Positions 50,342-59,019 of a stretch of 59,019 nt of DNA are shown in pieces. Positions within the stretch are counted from its first letter, which is position 1, and each line of letters starts with the position of its first letter. Source of the DNA: Acholeplasmataceae bacterium UBA5617. GTDB taxonomy: Bacteria; Bacillota_I; Bacilli_A; Acholeplasmatales; Acholeplasmataceae. A model generated the notes under the pieces. It ran no database searches, had not been told where the DNA came from, and saw nothing but the letters and a program-made list of their open reading frames with translations. A program made the position numbers and the translations under genes. The stretch covers positions 1-59,019 of the forward strand of contig DIKN01000009.1 of NCBI GenBank assembly GCA_002424575.1, written 5' to 3'.

Positions 50342-50602
50342 ATGCTAAAACCACTTGAAGATTATGTCGTTCTCTCGTTTGAAAAAGAAGAGAAAACAAC
50401 CAAAAGCGGCATCATTTTAACCACCGAAGAAAAGGATAAACCTGCGATGGGTAAAGTGCTTGCTGTCGGTCCCAAAGTTGAGAACCTCAAAGAAAATGAT
50501 CAGGTCATCTATCAATCTTATGCTGGGACAAAAGTCAAACTCGAAGGTCACGAGTATTTAATTATCCAGGCCAAAAATATTCTTGCAATCGTTACCGTTT
50601 AA
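50342..50602 (+). CDS. groES: Co-chaperonin GroES
   Basis: MLKPLED, TKSGIIL, AVGP; GGAGG RBS places the start at 50342. Confidence 0.95.
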   Translation: MLKPLEDYVVLSFEKEEKTTKSGIILTTEEKDKPAMGKVLAVGPKVENLKENDQVIYQSYAGTKVKLEGHEYLIIQAKNILAIVTV

Positions 50603-52220
<1,618 letters not shown>

Positions 52221-52222
<2 letters not shown>

Positions 52223-52246
52223 GCCGTTAACAACAACGGCTTTTTT
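52221..52246 (+). terminator. groEL terminator
   Basis: AAGCCGTT-aacaac-AACGGCTT-TTTT. Confidence 0.8.
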
Positions 52247-52257
52247 CTATTTAAAAT

Positions 52258-52278
52258 AAAAAAAGGTCCAAGACCTTT
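52258..52278 (-). terminator. tRNA terminator
   Basis: AAAGGTC-ttg-GACCTTT plus T-run on the minus strand. Confidence 0.65.
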
Positions 52279-52293
52279 ACATATCCATATGAA

Positions 52294-52368
52294 TGGTGGA
52301 GTTATAGGGATTTGAACCCTAGACCCCCTGCACGTCAAGCAGGTGCTCTCCCGCTGAGCTATAACTCC
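52294..52368 (-). tRNA. tRNA-Val(GAC)
   Basis: GGAGTTA acceptor stem, CCTGC-TTGACGT-GCAGG anticodon arm, GGTTCAAATCC T-arm, encoded CCA; upstream TTGAAA-16-TATAAT. Confidence 0.96.
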
Positions 52369-52414
52369 AACCATTATTATTATACACGAAACAAAACGAA
52401 TTTCAAGTGCAAAA

Positions 52415-52978
52415 TCATTTGCCTATTTTTCGCCATGGGCTGACATAACCGCCCTGCAAGATGGAAACCTCATTGGATACAATAAGGGCTTTATCGTTTA
52501 ACCCCTCGACAATATCGATGATCGTTTTTTTGTTCTTTCGATTTGCAAAAATCATGAGAACCATGCGATCAGAATCTTTACCGTGCGCATCAAGGGTTGT
52601 CACACCGTGTCCCCCTGCACGTAGTGCATCACACAAGATTTTACCAGACACATGATCGACGATCACGTAGATTAATATCTTACCAACCGCAAGGCGTGTT
52701 TCAAGAAGCGAGCCTACATAGACACCAAAAGCAAAGCCTAACGAGTAAACAACACCCTTCATCGGATAGTCGACAATACCCAAAATAACTTTTGAGGCAA
52801 TAAAGACCCATAATAAGATTTCAAATATCGCTAAAACAGTTCCCGGTTTACGGTAACCTTTTGTGATTAAAATGACACGCATCGTTCCGATGGTAACTTC
52901 AATGATTTTTGCTGAAAAAATCAGTAAGAGTTCCCAGAGTGGAACCGATGTCAGTAAAGCCCAAATTTGTTCAAACAT
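52415..52978 (-). CDS. UPF0316/DUF2179-type membrane protein
   Basis: Three TMs (KIIEVTIGTMR, FEILLW, GFAFGVYVG) and a C-terminal domain with GHGVT. Confidence 0.75.
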   Translation of the reverse strand: MFEQIWALLTSVPLWELLLIFSAKIIEVTIGTMRVILITKGYRKPGTVLAIFEILLWVFIASKVILGIVDYPMKGVVYSLGFAFGVYVGSLLETRLAVGKILIYVIVDHVSGKILCDALRAGGHGVTTLDAHGKDSDRMVLMIFANRKNKKTIIDIVEGLNDKALIVSNEVSILQGGYVSPWRKIGK

Positions 52979-53030
52979 GAAACATCACCCTTATCAATTA
53001 TAACACGTCAATCTGATAAAACAAGTGTTA

Positions 53031-53405
53031 TTATTCGGCTTTTTTGAAGCCTATACATGACCATTCTTCATCCAAAGAAACATTGCTATAAGGGATAAGA
53101 CCATCTCGTTTTCCAAGTTCGAAAAAGGTATCACGATTGATATTATACGTCTTTTTATGATATGCCTTTTTATAAGAAATCCATAACTTTGTCCGGTTAT
53201 CTTTGATAAGCGGAAGGACGTGCTGGATACGCTCATCATACTCTTCTTTGGATGTGATAAAGAGATGAAAAAACGTCGGATCTTCACCTTCAAAATCAAT
53301 GTATGTTTGCAAGCGAATCATGTTGATATATGCTTCAGGAGCAAAAAAGTAGCGACCTTGAGTTCCTTGTTTTAATTTCATTTTTGAAAAAACATGAACA
53401 TCCAT
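53031..53405 (-). CDS. Conserved hypothetical protein (DUF3052-like)
   Basis: LWISY.K...INRD...VSLDEEWS..F pattern; AAGGAG RBS. Confidence 0.55.
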   Translation of the reverse strand: MDVHVFSKMKLKQGTQGRYFFAPEAYINMIRLQTYIDFEGEDPTFFHLFITSKEEYDERIQHVLPLIKDNRTKLWISYKKAYHKKTYNINRDTFFELGKRDGLIPYSNVSLDEEWSCIGFKKAE

Positions 53406-53425
53406 TTCTTTTCTCCTTTAGTGTA

Positions 53426-54850
53426 TCAATAACCTCGTTTTGAGGGATTAGCTTCATAATATGCGAGTTGGGCTTGAATGGATGCTGTTTTGCTTTGAAG
53501 ATAGTTTTGAACATCGCGTAAACCAAAAGATAATGGCATCATAGAACCCAGTGTATAACCATCATAAAGATTTTTTTGGACATCATAGATTGAAAGAAAT
53601 GCATCGACACTGAATAATCCGGTTTGTGGATGAATCAATGCTTTGAGATGATTTTCGTATTGGATTTGATAGGCGGGAATATTGAGCAGTTTATCGACCA
53701 AAACATGAGGGTAATTGGGTTGTGATAGCATGGAAGCATTGAGATTGCCCCATGTGTAGATGTCTGCATCGATGGTCCAGTTCGAGAAAACCGGTGCGCC
53801 ATCCCATCCTTGACCGAGACCGTGATCATAATCATAAGGAATCATCATCCATTTACCGCTTGCGCTGTTTTGATAGAGATAGTAATTGTTACCCATGGCG
53901 CGGTAATCATCAGGATTTCCCAATAAAACGCCAACAGCAAGATATTTCAAAAACATGTCAACTTCAAAATTATTTTCAATATAGGTGATAAAACTATCCC
54001 CTGTTTTTGCATTGATTTCAGAGATAAACTGCCGCAACGCGGTGTGATCGGGGTTTGTCTTATTGGTTTTTAAATCGTAAGAAGGACGATAATTTCTTGA
54101 TTCATCTTTGATGCCAACCGCACCACTGGGTATCGGATGAGCAAGATTAGCAGGTCCATACATTTGCCATAAAGTTTTATACAGGTTACCTTGTGAAGCA
54201 TCTTTGGGTAAACGTCGTTTGATAAAGTTATCATCAATCGGCTCAAAGGCGGTATAAATGCCGTAGTCGTGTGTTTCAGCTCCAATCTGAATCAATAGTC
54301 TGACCAATGTTGCTTGTGCTGCAAACACGCCTATACTGCGAAATAAATCGAGAGCATATTTTTCAGTGATATAGGTAGGATCCCCGTTTCTGTTATATTT
54401 GAGATCGATTTCTTCAAGTTCAAAGACGGTTCTTTTCGCGTTTTTTTCCACATAATTTTCATGAAACGATAATTTAAAGTGCTGTAAATTCAACGATCCG
54501 TCATCATCTCTGATCCGATCTCGTGATAAATTACCACGGGTGCGAAAACCAATGGATTCGACCTTAACTTCGCCTTCTTGATCCTGATAGGTCATATCGG
54601 CTTCAACCATATAATCTGTTCGATATTGTCCAAAGCGAAGAAAATAATCAATCATCGCGTTATCGAGCTCAAGCCATTTATCTTCTGTGATGACAACTGT
54701 GATGGTCTTTATGGTTGAGTCATCAAAAAAACGTTCAAAACTTTCCACGTTAAATCCTTGAGATTGTGGATTGGGTTGAAGCGGCGTATCACACGAGGTC
54801 ATGAATAAACCGATAAAAATGACGATAAAACTGATGATGATTTTTTTCAT
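53426..54850 (-). CDS. CotH-kinase-family lipoprotein
   Basis: Lipobox FMTSC; GFRTRGN.SR, YGIY..E.ID, GNLYK, NPDDY..GNNYYLY, IPYDYD. Confidence 0.82.
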   Translation of the reverse strand: MKKIIISFIVIFIGLFMTSCDTPLQPNPQSQGFNVESFERFFDDSTIKTITVVITEDKWLELDNAMIDYFLRFGQYRTDYMVEADMTYQDQEGEVKVESIGFRTRGNLSRDRIRDDDGSLNLQHFKLSFHENYVEKNAKRTVFELEEIDLKYNRNGDPTYITEKYALDLFRSIGVFAAQATLVRLLIQIGAETHDYGIYTAFEPIDDNFIKRRLPKDASQGNLYKTLWQMYGPANLAHPIPSGAVGIKDESRNYRPSYDLKTNKTNPDHTALRQFISEINAKTGDSFITYIENNFEVDMFLKYLAVGVLLGNPDDYRAMGNNYYLYQNSASGKWMMIPYDYDHGLGQGWDGAPVFSNWTIDADIYTWGNLNASMLSQPNYPHVLVDKLLNIPAYQIQYENHLKALIHPQTGLFSVDAFLSIYDVQKNLYDGYTLGSMMPLSFGLRDVQNYLQSKTASIQAQLAYYEANPSKRGY

Positions 54851-55272
54851 GGACGAATCCCTTCAACAAATCGTTTAAACATGGTCATGCTTTCTGTTGT
54901 TTTTTCAATGAATCGTTCTTTGGGTAAGTCCATCGTTTGGCTAAATTCAAAGATGACTTCCATCACCCATTTTGTTTGATCATCGATGGCAATAAAATGG
55001 TTGACACATCGATTCCAGGCACCGGGCACTTCAAATATCTGTATGATCAGTTCTGGCAAGCATGCTTTTTCAATCGTCATATTCATCTTGATCGATGTTT
55101 TATCAAATGTAAAATGCATGATTCCTTGAGATCCTGTTTCAAAAAGGGTCCCTTGTGTTGTTTCAATCGATTCTAATCCTTTTTCCCATTCAGGCATATG
55201 TTTCATGTCAAGATAAAGTTGTGCAACTCGACTTCTTTCTTCGTGAATCATCATTTCAATTGTGTAAGTCAT
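54847..55272 (-). CDS. SRPBCC/START-fold protein
   Basis: 141 aa; MPEWEKGL and C-terminal helix M..FKRFVE; GAGGTG RBS. Confidence 0.65.
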   Translation of the reverse strand: MTYTIEMMIHEERSRVAQLYLDMKHMPEWEKGLESIETTQGTLFETGSQGIMHFTFDKTSIKMNMTIEKACLPELIIQIFEVPGAWNRCVNHFIAIDDQTKWVMEVIFEFSQTMDLPKERFIEKTTESMTMFKRFVEGIRP

Positions 55273-55299
55273 ATGAACACCTCACCTACATTTTACCAT

Positions 55300-55324
55300 A
55301 AAAAAAAGCCGTTGCCGGCTTTTT
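55300..55324 (-). terminator. Terminator after beta-propeller gene
   Basis: AAAAAGCCG-ttgc-CGGCTTTTT. Confidence 0.75.
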
Positions 55325-55327
55325 AAG

Positions 55328-57379
55328 TTAGCGGTACCACTCAGGTAATTCAAAGGTAATGGTCTGATCCACTTGACCTGTGAGTAAATTGTAACTTACC
55401 ATGCCCAAACTGGAGAAGGTGTAGACATTTTCGAAAGGTGACGCTCCATCTTGGCTGATATAGACACCACGATCGATGCCAAAGTAATAGGGTGATTCGG
55501 GATGTTCAATGACGATGGGGTCAGAGATGATTTTTTCTGAATTCGTAAAATCAATATAGAAAATAAGGAATTGGCTTGCATAGGTGTATTCATATTCGTA
55601 TAATCCGATTTGTCGAGAGGTCCACGACATGACAGGGAACGCGATGATGCCGTGATCCGGTGAAATCATCAAGGCTTTGGGGTTATAGGATGCTTCAGAA
55701 TAACTGTAGGACCATACGCCTTCCTCATCGGTTGCGTTAAGCTGATAGGTTTCAAGGGGTTCGGTATGTGTGTTGTCATAAGCAGATATTTTGAGTCCAG
55801 TGACACGTCCATTTGAATCGGCTGTGAATCCAAATCCAATCAATTGATTGCCTTCGTCATTCCACACATGAAGATATGTGCTGTATCCAGGTTCTTCGAT
55901 GGCTGAGATGATTTTAGGTTGTGTGGGATTGGTTAAGTCTATGGTGTAGAGTGGATCCGTTTGTTCAAAGGTGACAACAAATGCTGTATTGCCGTTAAAA
56001 CGAACAGATTTGACCGTTTCATTGATTTTTCCTAAGCCTGAGGTAATCGATCCAACAATGTTTAATTGATCATCAGACGCTGATTCTGATAAGACAAATA
56101 GACGGTTTGTGATGGGATTCCAAGATGAAGTCACTACTCTAAAGTAATGATCATATTCATCCATCCAATACTGATTTTCAATATAACCATCAACAAGACC
56201 ATGACCGATGTATTCAAACGTTGCAATCTCGGTATTTAAGTTGAACTTCATGATTTGTGTCTGTGTGGTATAACCCAACCAACCTTCTACAAATCCACTT
56301 GTTTTGGTAAATGAGAATGTCGTATATAAGCTATCTGTATCGGCATAAATCTGATTGACATTGCCTAAAAAAGCTTTTGAATTGAGTTCAAAGGTGTCCA
56401 GATCAATCCCTGTAAAGACGGTCATCCCGTAGGCTGGAACATCATCAAAATAATAGATTTGGTCATAGTCCAGAAATGATGTTGTCTGATCTTCACCAAT
56501 GGTTTGTGTAAACACGGGGCGAAGCTCATCATTATGCATGTATTTATTACCGATTAAGAACAGAGCATTGTTAATCAAACGGTATTGATAAAAGTTAGCA
56601 TCCGTTTGAAGATCATAGACGATATCCATCGTATCACGATCATAGATGACAACTGAACCCGTGTAAGACACGTATGCCCAACCAATCATATCATAAGCGG
56701 CATCATATTTATAGGGAGACATTGTGTAGGTATACCCGATGACAATCAAATATTGGTCTGTCAAAAACATGGAATCCGTGTAAAGATTGCCCAAATCAAG
56801 TGTTTCTTCGAGCGTTGCTAGACCATCATTTTCAATCGTAAAGATACGGATTTGATTTTGATAACGTGATGCATAATAAATCATGTTTCCGTCGGTTTTA
56901 ACGATATCGGATTCTTCTACACCATCCACTTGATTATTGGTTCCGATATAATCACGTTTCGCAGTTTCATTGCCACTGTAATCATCCATTGCACCTTCTT
57001 GAGGCGCCATTTCTGAATCGATGGCTGTGTTTCGAAACCAACCATTAAAGAAACCACCGGTTTGTTGACTGCTTAATAATTCGCGCAATTTGGCTTCGGA
57101 GGAGACAGGTTTCGCATTGATTAAAACGCGTTCATCCAATGTCAGAGGTATTGAAAACGCCCCTGAGAATATCGTCGCACACATAAAAAGACCCGCGATG
57201 ACAACACCATAGGATCGTTTAATCCAAAAAAGTGTCGGTGCTTTAACAACCACATCACCTAAGGTCTTCTGAAAGTTTGTTAATTTTTTATTCCATACCA
57301 CATCACGGATTAACTGTGCACCAAAATACAGCCCAATCAAACCCATGACACCTAATGTTACCCATCCAAACCAGGTCAT
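55328..57379 (-). CDS. Membrane-anchored beta-propeller domain protein (Beta_propel family)
   Basis: Two N-terminal TMs; TNNQVDGVEESDIVKTDG, MDEY..YFRVVT, SVRF, TFEQTDPL..IDL..P, PGYSTYLH. Confidence 0.8.
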   Translation of the reverse strand: MTWFGWVTLGVMGLIGLYFGAQLIRDVVWNKKLTNFQKTLGDVVVKAPTLFWIKRSYGVVIAGLFMCATIFSGAFSIPLTLDERVLINAKPVSSEAKLRELLSSQQTGGFFNGWFRNTAIDSEMAPQEGAMDDYSGNETAKRDYIGTNNQVDGVEESDIVKTDGNMIYYASRYQNQIRIFTIENDGLATLEETLDLGNLYTDSMFLTDQYLIVIGYTYTMSPYKYDAAYDMIGWAYVSYTGSVVIYDRDTMDIVYDLQTDANFYQYRLINNALFLIGNKYMHNDELRPVFTQTIGEDQTTSFLDYDQIYYFDDVPAYGMTVFTGIDLDTFELNSKAFLGNVNQIYADTDSLYTTFSFTKTSGFVEGWLGYTTQTQIMKFNLNTEIATFEYIGHGLVDGYIENQYWMDEYDHYFRVVTSSWNPITNRLFVLSESASDDQLNIVGSITSGLGKINETVKSVRFNGNTAFVVTFEQTDPLYTIDLTNPTQPKIISAIEEPGYSTYLHVWNDEGNQLIGFGFTADSNGRVTGLKISAYDNTHTEPLETYQLNATDEEGVWSYSYSEASYNPKALMISPDHGIIAFPVMSWTSRQIGLYEYEYTYASQFLIFYIDFTNSEKIISDPIVIEHPESPYYFGIDRGVYISQDGASPFENVYTFSSLGMVSYNLLTGQVDQTITFELPEWYR

Positions 57380-57380
57380 A

Positions 57381-57905
57381 TTATTCCTCCTTTTTTTGTA
57401 TGCCTAATGCATACTTAAAATCTTTCACGAAGGAACGTGAAACTTCAAGGTGCGTACCATCGATGAGCTCCAAATCAAGTTTCGCATTGAAGGATGTTCG
57501 GATGTACCGAATTTTCGTCATGTTCACAATAAATGATTTTCCAATGCGCAGAAAGTGATAAGGTTTGAGCATCTCTTCAAGCTGATAGAGAGGTTGCTTG
57601 ATCAGTTGGCTGGATTGTTTATCCAGATGCATGAAGATCTCATCACCAAAAGCTTCAAGGTAGGTAATGTGCTTCAACGGCATTTGAAGATAACCTTCTG
57701 GAGTTGGAAAAAGCATTTGATAACTTTCTTTCATCAATGCTTCGACCAACGCATGAAGATTCTCTTTTTGATCATCTTCAAGAATAAGTCCTATCTTGTG
57801 CTCAGGTACGTCATTTGGATTAGTCGTGATGGAAAGATTGAACTGATTCAAAATTTTGTCTTGAATCTTTTCGAAATCTTCACGATTCCAAATGATTTTA
57901 ATCAT
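57381..57905 (-). CDS. Stand-alone LytTR transcriptional regulator (no intact receiver domain)
   Basis: I.YLEA, LYQLEE.L, FLRIGKSFIVN, LEVSRSF. Confidence 0.88.
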   Translation of the reverse strand: MIKIIWNREDFEKIQDKILNQFNLSITTNPNDVPEHKIGLILEDDQKENLHALVEALMKESYQMLFPTPEGYLQMPLKHITYLEAFGDEIFMHLDKQSSQLIKQPLYQLEEMLKPYHFLRIGKSFIVNMTKIRYIRTSFNAKLDLELIDGTHLEVSRSFVKDFKYALGIQKKEE

Positions 57906-57925
57906 CAGGAGTTCCTCCTATCTAC

Positions 57926-57997
57926 AGTATAGTATGACCGAATGATGAATCCAAGTGTTCACCGATATGATGCAAATGTGCGCGATATGTTGCATAT
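57926..57997 (-). promoter_or_regulatory. LytTR-type direct repeats upstream of a -10 box
   Basis: CGATATGATGCAAAT (57963) and CGATATGTTGCATAT (57983), 13/15 identical, 20-bp period; weaker copy near 57937; TATACT on the minus strand at 57926-57931. Confidence 0.6.
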
Positions 57998-58037
57998 TCA
58001 TTCCTTATTTTAACACGCTTTCGATAGATTCATGTCT

Positions 58038-58067
58038 AAAAAAAATGCATCGCTTACGCCATGCATT
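58038..58067 (-). terminator. Terminator after trkH
   Basis: AATGCAT...ATGCATT plus T-run on the minus strand. Confidence 0.7.
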
Positions 58068-58068
58068 C

Positions 58069-59019
58069 TTATGCTTTTTGAAGGAGATGTTTGATGCTTC
58101 GTTTTGAATCTATGAAAAGCTTGGAGATTGCTACAAAGAAGACATAAAATTCTAGTCTACCTAAGAACATACCCACAGAGGATGTCCACAAGATGATGGG
58201 ATGTGCGTCGTATCCTGTAATACCTACGCTTAATCCGACGGTTCCCAAAACGGAAGCGAATTCAAAGAGGGCATTTTGCATGGATGCTTGACTGACCAAG
58301 CTAAAAATCAAAGCACCAATCATCAAGAATATCAAATAAACTAAAATAAACGAGTAGTTTTCAGAGATATCATCGTCATCCACAATCATTTTTGAACCCA
58401 GTTTGTTAATGAAGTGTTTTTTGATAACCTTGTGATGAGCAATCTTATCCGCAAAGCTCCAATAAATGGATTTGATGCCAAGTCCGACACGGTATTGTTT
58501 AATACCACCACACGTTGAACCCACACCAGCACCTAAAATCATACCTACAATCAATAGACCAAAATAGAAACTGGGTAGGCCTGTAAAGGATGGTATGATC
58601 TGATAACCCGTGCCCGTAACCGCTGAAATAAAATGGAAAGCGCCGTAACGGAGTGCAGTGCCAAAAGATCCATGGTAATAACTGATTAAAGACAATGTAG
58701 AGATGCTCACTGCAAGTGCAGTAATGATATAAAATGACTTGGTTTCAATGTGTTTGAACGCACTCTTCCATTTACCTGTGATGACCAATAAGTGTACGAA
58801 GAAGTTTGTGCCACCTGCGAACATCAAAAAGATAGTCGTGATTTCGATGGGTAAGCTTTGATAATAGCCAATGCTTTGTGCCTTCGTTGAGAATCCACCT
58901 GTTGCAACCGCACAGATGGCATGGTTCAAGGCGTCAAACCAATGCATACCAAAAATGATGTAGAGAATGGTGCCTACGATAACATATCCTAAATAAATCG
59001 CTAAAATATAGCGACCCGA
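58069..59019 (-). CDS. trkH: TrkH-family K+ uptake membrane protein, 5' truncated
   Basis: ATGGFS, TGTGY, GSTCGGIK, GTVGLS, GRLE; frame open to the window edge. Confidence 0.92.
   Translation of the reverse strand, partial: SGRYILAIYLGYVIVGTILYIIFGMHWFDALNHAICAVATGGFSTKAQSIGYYQSLPIEITTIFLMFAGGTNFFVHLLVITGKWKSAFKHIETKSFYIITALAVSISTLSLISYYHGSFGTALRYGAFHFISAVTGTGYQIIPSFTGLPSFYFGLLIVGMILGAGVGSTCGGIKQYRVGLGIKSIYWSFADKIAHHKVIKKHFINKLGSKMIVDDDDISENYSFILVYLIFLMIGALIFSLVSQASMQNALFEFASVLGTVGLSVGITGYDAHPIILWTSSVGMFLGRLEFYVFFVAISKLFIDSKRSIKHLLQKA

Noticed and set aside
52294-52368. tRNA-Val as an integration site for an island
   Set aside because: No duplicated tRNA 3' end, integrase or obvious compositional shift seen nearby.
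57937-57997. Direct repeats as a mini-CRISPR
   Set aside because: 15-bp units with 5-bp spacing and no cas genes; they fit LytTR binding sites better.

Overview
Gene-dense, AT-rich bacterial chromosome segment using the standard genetic code (TGA is a stop). Gene content and style suggest an anaerobic Acholeplasmatales/Izemoplasmatales-like or other low-GC Bacillota-related organism (inference). No mobile element or CRISPR array is visible. Main blocks: (1) a c-di-GMP-type surface-polysaccharide module (degenerate MBL/ODP-GGDEF-REC protein, HEAT-repeat GT2 synthase, PAS-GGDEF). (2) Amino-acid catabolism: tdh-kbl; a B12 glutamate mutase/methylaspartase operon continuing into citrate-lyase-like genes (probable citramalate lyase) with a divergent two-subunit fumarase (probable mesaconase); and a convergent Fe-S/flavin proline-dehydrogenase-like complex plus pruA. 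All three catabolic promoters carry cre-like boxes. (3) A self-contained operon gpx-ohrR-ribD-ribBA-HAD under a tandem OhrR-like operator, in which the RibB half is catalytically eroded and ribH/ribE are absent, so it appears to make 5-amino-6-ribitylaminouracil (5-A-RU) rather than riboflavin. This is the best candidate for an undescribed system. (4) UbiB/ABC1 kinase plus carotenoid desaturase, two CotH proteins, a heterodimeric ABC exporter, sua5, nfnAB, CIRCE-groESL, tRNA-Val(GAC), a LytTR/beta-propeller pair with upstream direct repeats, and partial rlmD and trkH at the edges. All calls come from reading motifs by eye; no database search was run.
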